A stretch of 64,000 bases of DNA from Candidatus Methylacidiphilales bacterium (GTDB lineage: Bacteria > Verrucomicrobiota > Verrucomicrobiia > Methylacidiphilales > JANWVL01): contig JANWVL010000045.1 in assembly GCA_025056655.1 (NCBI GenBank), positions 48-64,047 of the forward strand, in the 5' to 3' direction. Position numbers and translations under genes: made by a program. How positions within the stretch are numbered: the stretch's first letter is position 1; the number at the start of each line of letters is the position of its first letter. The notes under the pieces are model-generated. The model searched no databases. It was given only the letters and a program-made list of their open reading frames with translations, and was not told the DNA's origin. Positions 19,523 to 27,946 of the stretch are shown here, piece by piece.

Positions 19523-20116
19523 TTAGATTGAGCAGAGGTGGATGGATTGGTCTGTGATGATGAGGTCTAGGGGGGCGTCGTGAGGCTCGGTGTAGAGGTC
19601 TTCGATTTCTTGACAGGAAAAGAAGACGCCGACGCGGTAAGTTGTCTGGCGGAGTCGTGGGAGGAGGCGGTCATAATATCCCTTGCCGCGACCGAGGCGT
19701 GCGCCGGAGGCGTTGAAGGCTATGCCGGGGACGAAGATGAGTTTGGGTTCGGAGAAGGGTATGGGTTGGCATTGTGCGGGGTCGGGTTCCATGACGCCGC
19801 TTTGGGTGGGGCGGAAAGCGTCGAGGTGGGGGACTCGCCAGAGGGAGATTTCTTCGAGGTTATCTGCGCCGGAGGGCATGATGAGGGGGAGGCCTCGGTC
19901 GAGGATGGATTGCCAGTAGGGGCGGAGATCGGGTTCTTGCTTGAGCAGGGGGTAAAAGCCTGCGACGGGCTGGAGTCGGCGGAGGATGGGGAGACGGTGA
20001 ATGTTTTCAATGAGGCAACGTGAGGCGATTTCGCGGTCTTTATCGGTCATGACTTTTAGTCGAGAGCGAGCGAGGTCGCGCTGGAGTTGCTTGGGGTGAG
20101 GAGGAGGGGGTTGCAT
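19523..20116 (-). CDS. 5-formyltetrahydrofolate cyclo-ligase
   Basis: 197 aa with FVPGIAFNASGARLGRGKGYYDRLL, the family signature. Confidence 0.88.
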   Translation of the reverse strand: MQPPPPHPKQLQRDLARSRLKVMTDKDREIASRCLIENIHRLPILRRLQPVAGFYPLLKQEPDLRPYWQSILDRGLPLIMPSGADNLEEISLWRVPHLDAFRPTQSGVMEPDPAQCQPIPFSEPKLIFVPGIAFNASGARLGRGKGYYDRLLPRLRQTTYRVGVFFSCQEIEDLYTEPHDAPLDLIITDQSIHLCSI

Positions 20117-20203
20117 GGGAAGGTGGGGCGAGTGTAACTTTATTTTTGCATGATGAAAGCTTGGGTTTAGGGTGTGGGATGGTGTTAGGATTTATGGCAT
20201 GTT

Positions 20204-21079
20204 ATGAAAGTGAAGGGAGCGGAACGTAAGCGGTGGCATCATCGGAATTTTATTACGGATGTGTTGATACCATCGCTTTTTGCAAGGAAGATTGGGGTGC
20301 AGGGGAAGCCGATTTTTCCGAAAGTGACAGGGGATCAAATAGGGATCACTTGGATTGGGCATGCGTCGTTTTTGATTCAGACGGCTAGGCATAATGTGTT
20401 GATTGATCCGAATTGGAGTAATTGGTTGACGGTGATCCGACGGCTGAGGCGCGCGGGTTTTGCGTTGAGGGATTTGCCGAATATTGACTTGGTGTTGATC
20501 ACGCATGCGCATTTTGATCATTTGGATCGGCGGAGTTTGAGAAAGATTGCGGAGCGGCAGCCGATCGTTGTGCCGGAGAATGTAGGAAACTTGGTGCATG
20601 ATTTAGGGTTTGAGCGCGTTCATGAGATGCGGTGGTGGGAGGATTACGTGTATCGAGGTTTGAAGATTACTTTTACTCCTGCGAAGCATTGGGGAGCGCG
20701 GTTGGGGTTTGACCGGCACCGAGGTTATGGAGGGTATGTGATCGAGTATGCTGGACGGAGGATATATCATAGTGGGGATACGACTTATTTTGAGGGGTTT
20801 AAGGAGATTGGGAGGCGATGTAAGCCGGAGATTGTATTGATGGCGATCGGCGCGTATCAGAGCTTGTCGGCGCGGGATCATCACATCGATCCGGAGAAGG
20901 CTTTGCAGGCGTTTGAGGAGCTAGGCGGGAAGACGTTTATCCCGATGCATTTTGGGACGTATCGGATTAGCTATGAGCCGATGCATGAGCCTGCGGAGAG
21001 GTTGTTGCGTGAGGCTGCGAAGCGGAGGATTCTTTCGCAGATTCGTTTTTTGATCGAGGGGATGCCGCAGGTGTTTTAA
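20204..21079 (+). CDS. MBL-fold metallo-hydrolase (NAPE-PLD / UlaG-like subgroup)
   Basis: Contains ITWIGHASFLIQ, DLVLITHAHFDHLD and HSGDT ... IPMHFGTY. Confidence 0.85.
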   Translation: MKVKGAERKRWHHRNFITDVLIPSLFARKIGVQGKPIFPKVTGDQIGITWIGHASFLIQTARHNVLIDPNWSNWLTVIRRLRRAGFALRDLPNIDLVLITHAHFDHLDRRSLRKIAERQPIVVPENVGNLVHDLGFERVHEMRWWEDYVYRGLKITFTPAKHWGARLGFDRHRGYGGYVIEYAGRRIYHSGDTTYFEGFKEIGRRCKPEIVLMAIGAYQSLSARDHHIDPEKALQAFEELGGKTFIPMHFGTYRISYEPMHEPAERLLREAAKRRILSQIRFLIEGMPQVF

Positions 21080-22506
21080 GGTGTTTTGGTGTGTACGGGA
21101 GTGGAGGATGTTTTGTGTTTGTTGGATTTGATACTTAGGATCAGGCTTCCTAGGCCTAGGCCTAGGAGAATGAATGCATAGGTGGAGGGCTCTGGAACTG
21201 GGAGTGCGGGGATCTGGCCAGCTGTCATGGCTTGGGCGTGTTGGACGAAAGCATTGGCGACTGATGTGCTTTTGATGAAGAGGATGTTTTCGTCGTTGAG
21301 GTTAGTGCCGTTGAGGGCTTGATTGGTGAAGTTGGCGGAGCCGTGGATGACTTGGGCGTTGGGGGTGCCGGCGTCTATGACGAGGTATTTTGTGTGGACG
21401 AGATCTTGATCGGTGAGGGGGTTGTCTGGTTGCAAGCCGGCTGTTGCTCCGTCGCGATCAGCGATGTAGGTAAAAAATCGTGCGAAGGCTGCTGCGTCTG
21501 CGTAGTTGGCGGGGTTATTGAGGTGGTTGTAAACGGCAACGGAGTCACCTGAGCCTGTGACGTCGCTTTGGGAGATGATGAGGTGGACTTCGACGCCGTT
21601 GTTGCAGGCGTTGATGAGGGCGTTGGCGATTTGCATGGAGGAGAGTTTGTTGGTGCCGAGGAGAATGGAGTATTGGGCGGAGTTGATGGCGGAAATGATT
21701 TCTGATGCGGCGTTGTTTCCTCCGGGGACGATGCTGTCGGGGTGGGGGCCGAAACGGACTCCGATGAGGCCGTTGCCGCCGTCGAAGCTGATGCTAGGGG
21801 GGGAGAGGTCGAAGGCGTGGGATTTGGTGGGGTTATCGTGGTAGATGCCGTCGGAGGTGTTTGTGTCTGTGCCCATGAGTTGGTTGGCTTCGCCGAGGTA
21901 GAGGGCGTAGAGTGCGTCGTTGCGGACTTCGAAGGAGATATTCCATTGGAATATGGCTGAGCCGCCGGTGTAGTTGGCGGAGCTGGAGTGGATCCAGCGG
22001 TTGCCGGGGCCGTAGTCGAAGAGGGAGAATTTGTTGTGCATGATCCCGTATGGGTATGTGCCTCGGTCGTAGTAGAAGGCGTTGCCGTTTGGAAAGACGG
22101 TGGAGGCTAGGCCGCTGATTGAGTAGAATGGGGAGGAGCCACCGGTGTTGTAGAGGGTGGAGGGGTTTATATTTTTATCGATATTCATGCGGATTGTGAG
22201 GTTGGAGACGGTGGGATCGCTGAGGCGGTTGTAGATAGCTGTGAGGATGGAGCCTGCGCCTGTGGCGTTGCCAGAAAAGGTGAAGGTGGAGAGAAAGGCG
22301 GAGTGGTTGCTGCCGAGGGCATTTATTCTTGCGATGAGGGCGTCGCGGATGTCGAATTCTTCTGGGGTGTTGAGGGATGAATTTTGGTCTGGGCGATTCC
22401 AGATGACATTCCAATCTGAACCGGAGATGATGGCAGCAGAGAGGGGAAGGTTGGTTATTATTAGGCTGATGATTAGGAGGATGAGGTAGGATTGGGCCGT
22501 TTTCAT
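21076..22506 (-). CDS. Phospholipase D / HKD-nuclease superfamily protein, secreted, with a PEP-CTERM sorting signal
   Basis: It has a signal peptide and two HKD motifs: MHNKFSLFD...SSANYT and VHTKYLVID...GSANFT. The C-terminus VPEPSTYAFILLGLGLGSLILSIKSNKHK reads as a PEP motif, a TM helix and a basic tail. Confidence 0.8.
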   Translation of the reverse strand: MKTAQSYLILLIISLIITNLPLSAAIISGSDWNVIWNRPDQNSSLNTPEEFDIRDALIARINALGSNHSAFLSTFTFSGNATGAGSILTAIYNRLSDPTVSNLTIRMNIDKNINPSTLYNTGGSSPFYSISGLASTVFPNGNAFYYDRGTYPYGIMHNKFSLFDYGPGNRWIHSSSANYTGGSAIFQWNISFEVRNDALYALYLGEANQLMGTDTNTSDGIYHDNPTKSHAFDLSPPSISFDGGNGLIGVRFGPHPDSIVPGGNNAASEIISAINSAQYSILLGTNKLSSMQIANALINACNNGVEVHLIISQSDVTGSGDSVAVYNHLNNPANYADAAAFARFFTYIADRDGATAGLQPDNPLTDQDLVHTKYLVIDAGTPNAQVIHGSANFTNQALNGTNLNDENILFIKSTSVANAFVQHAQAMTAGQIPALPVPEPSTYAFILLGLGLGSLILSIKSNKHKTSSTPVHTKTP

Positions 22507-22684
22507 GCTTTGAGGTTAATGGAAGGGTGCCTGGAGGGAAAATGAAACTTTGTAAAAAAACCGTTATGTAGTTGACATGAAAGGGGGGCGTAGGTTGGAG
22601 GCTTAGCGGATGGAGTGGGAATTGAAATGATAGGCTTGCCAATGGGGGGGAGTGCTGCATTTTATGCGGGCAGTCTGGGTGTGC

Positions 22685-23584
22685 ATGAATAATCAACACG
22701 ATCAAGTGGCGAAGGCTTTAATTGAGGCGCTACCGGCGTTACTTCGGCTAAAGGGCGAGATAGTGGTGGTGAAGTATGGGGGCTCTGCGATGGAGAATGA
22801 GCGGCTTGTGGAGGGGGTGTTGCGTGATGTGATTTTGTTAGCTGCGGTGGGGATATTTCCAGTGGTGGTGCATGGGGGTGGGAAGTTGATCAGCAAGGCG
22901 ATGAGGGAGGCTAATTTACAGCCCGTATTTATTCAAGGGATGCGCTATACGGATGAGGCGACGATAAAGATAATTGAAAAAACATTTAATGAATCGATTA
23001 CGCCTGTGATTGCGAATCGTATTGTAGAGCTTGGGGCTAAGGCTTGTGCTATCTCTGGGGTAGAGGTGTTGAAGGCTCGTAAGCTTTTTGTGAAGCTGCC
23101 GATGACGAAGGGTAAGGCTAAGGATTCGCCTCAAGAGCCGATTGATTTGGGACTTGTAGGGGAAGTGACAGAGGTCAAGACAGCTGTTATCACGGCATGT
23201 ATTAGGCGAGGTGAAATTCCGGTCATTTCGCCTATTGCTGTGGATAAGCAAGGGCAACGTTATAATGTGAATGCAGATGTCGCGGCATCGGCTGTGGCTG
23301 AGGCGTTAAAAGCGAATACGTTAATTTTTCTTTCTGATGTGAACGGTGTCTTGCGAAATGCGTCGGATCCTAATTCGCGGATTCCTGTTCTTACAGAGAA
23401 ACAGATAGCGGATCTATGCAAACAGGGTGTGATTGATGGCGGAATGCTCCCGAAGCTGGATTCGGCTATGGCAGCGATACGGGCTGGGGTTAAAAATGTG
23501 TATCTTTTGGATGGGCGTATGCCGCACGGGCTGTTGTTGAAACTTTTTACTCGAGCAGATGTGGGCACTGAGATTCACATCTAG
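22685..23584 (+). CDS. argB: Acetylglutamate kinase
   Basis: Contains VVVKYGGSAM, VVVHGGG and NVNADVAA. The track ORF begins at GTG 22652. I prefer ATG 22685 (MNNQHDQVAKALIEALP) because it gives the usual N-terminal length. Confidence 0.9.
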   Translation: MNNQHDQVAKALIEALPALLRLKGEIVVVKYGGSAMENERLVEGVLRDVILLAAVGIFPVVVHGGGKLISKAMREANLQPVFIQGMRYTDEATIKIIEKTFNESITPVIANRIVELGAKACAISGVEVLKARKLFVKLPMTKGKAKDSPQEPIDLGLVGEVTEVKTAVITACIRRGEIPVISPIAVDKQGQRYNVNADVAASAVAEALKANTLIFLSDVNGVLRNASDPNSRIPVLTEKQIADLCKQGVIDGGMLPKLDSAMAAIRAGVKNVYLLDGRMPHGLLLKLFTRADVGTEIHI

Positions 23585-23597
23585 CTAGAAGAGATAC

Positions 23598-24833
23598 ATG
23601 ATTGAACAGCGAGTGTATCAGCTGATCGCGGGGCAAAGAGCTGAGGCAGTATTGAGGCGACATGACCAAGTGGTGCTGGGGAACTATGCTCGTTTTCCGC
23701 TGTTGATAAGGCGTGGGAAGGGGTGCTACGTCTGGGATGAAGAGGGTCGGAGGTATCTTGATTTTGCACAGGGGATAGCAGTAAATGCGTTAGGGCATTG
23801 CCATGAGGCTATTGTGAAAGCGATTCAGGACCAGATGGGGCGCTTGATGCATGTGTCGAATTTGTTTTATCACGAGGGGCAGGCACTTCTTGCAGAGCGA
23901 ATTGTTGGTTTACTTGGGGCAGGGCGTGTGTTTTTTTGCAATAGTGGAGCAGAGGCGAACGAGGCGTTGATAAAGCTTGCGAGGCGTTTTGGTGCGGAGT
24001 CTGGGAGGTATCATATTATCACAGCACATGGTTCCTTTCATGGGAGAACGATGGCCACACTTTCGGCCACAGGTCAGGAGAAGGTGAAGGTCGGGTTTTA
24101 TCCGTTATTGCCTGAGTTTACTCATGTGCCTTGGAATGATTGGCGGGCGGTCGAGTCGGCGGTGCGAAGAGAGACGGTGGCGATTTTAATCGAGGGGATA
24201 CAAGGCGAGGGTGGGGTAAACGTGGCTACACCTGAATTTCTCACTCATGTGCGACGTATATGCGACGAGCGGAATTTACTTTTGCTGTGGGATGGAGTGC
24301 AGTGTGGGATGTTTCGAACGGGACGCTTTCAAAGCTATGAGCGAATTCTTGAAGGTCGTGATGTTGGTTTCTCGCCAGATGCAGTTGCAATGGCTAAATC
24401 TTTAGGAGGTGGCTTTCCAGTGGGAGCGGTGTGGGTGCGAGATCCTTTGAGTCAACTGATGGGACCAGGATCGCATGGGACAACTTACGGGGGCAACCCT
24501 TTAGCTTGTGCGGCGGCATTAGCCACTTTTGAGGTGATTCAGGCAGAACGCTTGGACGAGAATATTCGTGTTCGCGGGGAAGCGTTGAAATCGTCTCTCT
24601 TAGATTTGAGAGATAAATATCCGGGGCAGATTAGCGATGTAAGAGGATATGGGGGACTTTTGGGGATCGAGTTAAAGGAGTGCAATGCGCGCGGCAAAGT
24701 CATGCAACTTATCGGCATGGGGCTTTTAACTGCAGCAGCAGGCGAGAAAGTCGTTCGATTGTTGCCACCGTTGAATGTAAGTGAAGAAGAATGCGATCAG
24801 GCGTTGCAGATTTTATCTCGATCTTTTGCCTAA
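23598..24833 (+). CDS. argD: Acetylornithine aminotransferase (class III PLP aminotransferase)
   Basis: 411 aa with FCNSGAEANE and ILIEGIQGEGG. The PLP-Lys region is DAVAMAKSLGGGFP. Confidence 0.92.
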   Translation: MIEQRVYQLIAGQRAEAVLRRHDQVVLGNYARFPLLIRRGKGCYVWDEEGRRYLDFAQGIAVNALGHCHEAIVKAIQDQMGRLMHVSNLFYHEGQALLAERIVGLLGAGRVFFCNSGAEANEALIKLARRFGAESGRYHIITAHGSFHGRTMATLSATGQEKVKVGFYPLLPEFTHVPWNDWRAVESAVRRETVAILIEGIQGEGGVNVATPEFLTHVRRICDERNLLLLWDGVQCGMFRTGRFQSYERILEGRDVGFSPDAVAMAKSLGGGFPVGAVWVRDPLSQLMGPGSHGTTYGGNPLACAAALATFEVIQAERLDENIRVRGEALKSSLLDLRDKYPGQISDVRGYGGLLGIELKECNARGKVMQLIGMGLLTAAAGEKVVRLLPPLNVSEEECDQALQILSRSFA

Positions 24834-24885
24834 AACACCTGCCTAGTGCTTGGAGAAATTTAGCCTATCCTTCCATAAAATAAGA

Positions 24886-24914
24886 ACGCCCCCTGGTTGG
24901 GGACCAGGGGGCGT
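24886..24914 (-). terminator. Intrinsic terminator hairpin downstream of the outer-membrane protein gene, between convergent genes
   Basis: Perfect 12-bp stem ACGCCCCCTGGT / ACCAGGGGGCGT with a 5-nt loop. On the minus strand it is followed by TTCTTATTTTATGG (T-rich). On the plus strand there is no T-tract. Confidence 0.7.
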
Positions 24915-24944
24915 AAAGCCGCAGGCTTGAAGGACAACTTAGAT

Positions 24945-25739
24945 TTAGAAGGAATACTTGAACCCTATACTCCCCAGGCTAGAGCGCAATTCTCTGTTCC
25001 GCCAAGTAACATTCCCCTGCCCTTGTTTGGCGTTGGTAACATCGAGATATTTATATTCTGCGTAAATCGACCACGAGTCATTTAATTTAAATTCCACCCC
25101 TGCAACTCCTTGCACTGCTAGACTGGCTGCAGACTTGGGGTCAAGATCGTCTACGGTTGTAGTAATGGAATTCCCCATGTTGTCAGTCATCGTTATCTCG
25201 GGTTTAGTTGCAGTATCCACGAAAGCTACACCTACACCTGGCCCTGCGTAGAGACGAAACCACTTGTGATCATATCCGATCAGCAAGTTTAACATCACGT
25301 TGATTTTATCAACACGATCTTTGTATTCGATATCCGCCCCCATGCCTAAGCTAGGACTTGTCCAGTATCCTTTTCCTTTTAACGTGCCTGTGAGGTAGTA
25401 AGGATTAAGCTCAGTGGCAAAAAACCAAGCATCGGTGAAATAAAAGCGATACCCGAGCTTGGCTTCAGCACCAAGGTAGTTGCCGCTACGGAGATTGATG
25501 ACAGCATCATCATCGGGAATCCCAGGGTCAAATCTTTCCGTGAATAAGACCCTTCCGTCATGGTGTATACCACCCATTATGCCAGCTCCGATATACCAGT
25601 TTTTGAGTTCTTTTTTCGGTTTGGATTCAGGTGCGGGTTCACGCGGAGTGACTGTTTTAGGGTCTGAGTATTTCACGCCTGCGATAGATATGGAACTGCA
25701 AGCCACTATACCAAGGATAGCGTATATGATTTTTTTCAT
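24945..25739 (-). CDS. Outer-membrane beta-barrel protein (OmpA-like/opacity-type small porin)
   Basis: 264 aa with a signal peptide and alternating hydrophobic beta-strand pattern. The C-terminus ends in Phe (GFKYSF), as is typical for OMPs. Confidence 0.75.
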   Translation of the reverse strand: MKKIIYAILGIVACSSISIAGVKYSDPKTVTPREPAPESKPKKELKNWYIGAGIMGGIHHDGRVLFTERFDPGIPDDDAVINLRSGNYLGAEAKLGYRFYFTDAWFFATELNPYYLTGTLKGKGYWTSPSLGMGADIEYKDRVDKINVMLNLLIGYDHKWFRLYAGPGVGVAFVDTATKPEITMTDNMGNSITTTVDDLDPKSAASLAVQGVAGVEFKLNDSWSIYAEYKYLDVTNAKQGQGNVTWRNRELRSSLGSIGFKYSF

Positions 25740-25830
25740 ATCAACGAGGTGTATATCAAAGGCTACGCTGCTTATTCAATATAAAAATTAAAAATTCACG
25801 AAATTTTTGATTTGCATGAAACGATTTGCA

Positions 25831-26562
25831 TCATCGTATAGCCGCCCAAATTCGGTGAACGTCATCATGTTCATCTAGCGCTTGAAGAAATTCTCCCACC
25901 TCCTGCCTCTGGGCGTCATCCAGGGGAGGATACATCTTAGGAATGTAACCAATCTCAGCTGTGATCACTGTCCAACCGTGTTCCTTCAACCAACTCGCCA
26001 CTGCATGCGTGGCGGTGCGGTCTGTTATGAATTTTGCTCCGATGGAGTTTTCAGGAATTTCGTCATTCTGTGCGTGTGTGAGAGCCTCAAAATCATTAGC
26101 TCCGGATTCGATCGCTGCAGCCTCAATATCAATAGATCGGTCAGGATGGTGAGCCTCGACGATGCCGACATGATCAAAGAGGAATTTATTGGAGCCGGCT
26201 GTTCCAAGTTGCCCTTTTTTAAATAATAAACGGATCTCTGCTGCGGTGCGATTATGATTATCGGTTAGGGCTTCGACAATCACTGGAATTTTGTGAGGTG
26301 CGTATCCCTCGAATATTACGAGCTCAAGGGCGTCTTTGTTATCGGAACTACCGATACCCTTGCCGATAGCGCGCTCGATGTTATCTTTGGGGATAGATTC
26401 TTTCTTGGCGCGTTCGATAGCTGCCTGCAGTCTAGCGTTAGTGTGAGGATCCCCCCCGCCGAGCTTGGCAGCTACAGTGATTTCACGAAGATATTTTGTT
26501 ATGAGTTTAGAGCGACGTTGCGAATTGATCTCACGAATAGCGTGAAGCCATTGCCGTCCCAT
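25831..26562 (-). CDS. YebC/PmpR family DNA-binding transcriptional regulator
   Basis: 243 aa with TKYLREITVAAKLGGGDPHTNARLQAAIERAKKESIPKDNIERAI. The N-terminal GRQWLHAIRE diverges from the usual GHSKW.NIKH. Confidence 0.85.
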   Translation of the reverse strand: MGRQWLHAIREINSQRRSKLITKYLREITVAAKLGGGDPHTNARLQAAIERAKKESIPKDNIERAIGKGIGSSDNKDALELVIFEGYAPHKIPVIVEALTDNHNRTAAEIRLLFKKGQLGTAGSNKFLFDHVGIVEAHHPDRSIDIEAAAIESGANDFEALTHAQNDEIPENSIGAKFITDRTATHAVASWLKEHGWTVITAEIGYIPKMYPPLDDAQRQEVGEFLQALDEHDDVHRIWAAIR

Positions 26563-26664
26563 ATCGATTGGTTTTTGAATAATTAATTTACAAACTTAGA
26601 ACGTCTTCGTTTCAAGAATAAAGGATCGAAAGCCTTACAGGAGATCGAAAAGCCCCAGTGTTCA

Positions 26665-27912
26665 TTACCGTGTTCTAAATCCTGATACCGATTGAAGTAT
26701 ACCTGCGATGATCGAATAGCACACCGCGCCGACAACTAGAGCTAACACTATCAGAATGATCGGTTGAATTAACGCCGTCATACGCTGAACTTGTGTGTTA
26801 AGTTCTTTATCATAGCGTCTCGACACACGTTCCAAAGCTAAGGCCAACTCACCCGTTTGTTCACCGACGACTACCATATCAATTAACGCCGGTGGGAATT
26901 TCTGCGTCTTCCGCAAGGCACTGGAAAAAACCGCACCATCGGCAATATAGTCAGCAACACGTCTCAGTAATGCCTTCAGATATTCATTAGGAATTGCATC
27001 GGCCATAAGGCGCACTGCATTCAACAGGGGAACACCGTTGCCGACCAGCGTCGCACATGTTTGCGTCAGCTCAGCATAGAAACGGGCGTAGAGCACTTTG
27101 CCGATAAGCGGGATTTGAAGTTGAGCATGATGCCACCATGTCTTCCCTTGAGGGGTGCGAATATAAGCTAATGCTCCGACAATTGAGCCAACTGCCAGGA
27201 GCGCTAACCACCAGCCGTTAGCAGAGAGGAATTGACTGAAGTTAATCAAAAGTTGAGTTGCAAGAGGCAGTTTCTGACCTGTCTTGCTGAAAAGCGAGGT
27301 AAGTTGGGGAACGAGGACCGTCATAAATATGCCGATCAGTAAAATACCGGCCATAGTGATAAACGCCGGATAAATCAAGGCTTGCGTCACGCGTGCTCGC
27401 ATATCGTCCATAAGATTCAAATAGGTTACTTGCCGAGCCAAAATCTGCCCTAGGGCACCAGAAACCTCTCCCGCAGCAACCAAATTGCAGTAAAGTTCAC
27501 CAAAAGAAGGGCTCACTGATCGAAGCGCACTCGAGAAAGAAGCCCCGTCTCTCACACGCTGCCGTAGCGCTGCCACTACATGTTTCAAATTTGACAGTTC
27601 TTGACGCCCCTCCATTACGCGAAGCGCTGGCTCGAGTTGCAGACCTGCTTGAAGCATATCGCTTAACTCTTCTGTGAAACGGATAATCTGACCTTGTGTA
27701 AGATTGATAGGACCTGAAGGGACTGCGTTGCTTGTTTTTGCTGCCGTATGCGACGTCGAAGCGACACGACTGCCTGTTTTTTCTTGAATTCGTATCGGTT
27801 GCAGTTTCTGTCGATCAAGAATGCGTAAGGCATCCGTTCGACTCTTTGCTTCTAATTCCCCTTGAGTGCGAGTTCCATCGGGCTGGAGAGCCTGGTAACT
27901 ATAAATTGCCAT
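26665..27912 (-). CDS. Type II secretion / type IV pilus platform protein (GspF/PilC family)
   Basis: 415 aa with duplicated T2SS-F domains and three TM segments. It lies directly downstream of the GspE-type ATPase. Confidence 0.88.
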   Translation of the reverse strand: MAIYSYQALQPDGTRTQGELEAKSRTDALRILDRQKLQPIRIQEKTGSRVASTSHTAAKTSNAVPSGPINLTQGQIIRFTEELSDMLQAGLQLEPALRVMEGRQELSNLKHVVAALRQRVRDGASFSSALRSVSPSFGELYCNLVAAGEVSGALGQILARQVTYLNLMDDMRARVTQALIYPAFITMAGILLIGIFMTVLVPQLTSLFSKTGQKLPLATQLLINFSQFLSANGWWLALLAVGSIVGALAYIRTPQGKTWWHHAQLQIPLIGKVLYARFYAELTQTCATLVGNGVPLLNAVRLMADAIPNEYLKALLRRVADYIADGAVFSSALRKTQKFPPALIDMVVVGEQTGELALALERVSRRYDKELNTQVQRMTALIQPIILIVLALVVGAVCYSIIAGILQSVSGFRTR

Positions 27913-27946
27913 AAATTGTTACGGTGTTAGTTGATACCGTCTGTCG

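Noticed and set aside
22175-22705. 176-aa minus-strand ORF bridging the PLD-like gene start and the argB start
   Set aside because: His/Pro-rich low complexity. It overlaps the PLD signal-peptide frame and the divergent promoter region.
26615-26660. Short direct repeat GATCGAAAGCC / GATCGAAAAGCC downstream of the gspF gene
   Set aside because: Only two ~11-nt imperfect copies in an AT-rich spacer, which is too short to distinguish from chance.
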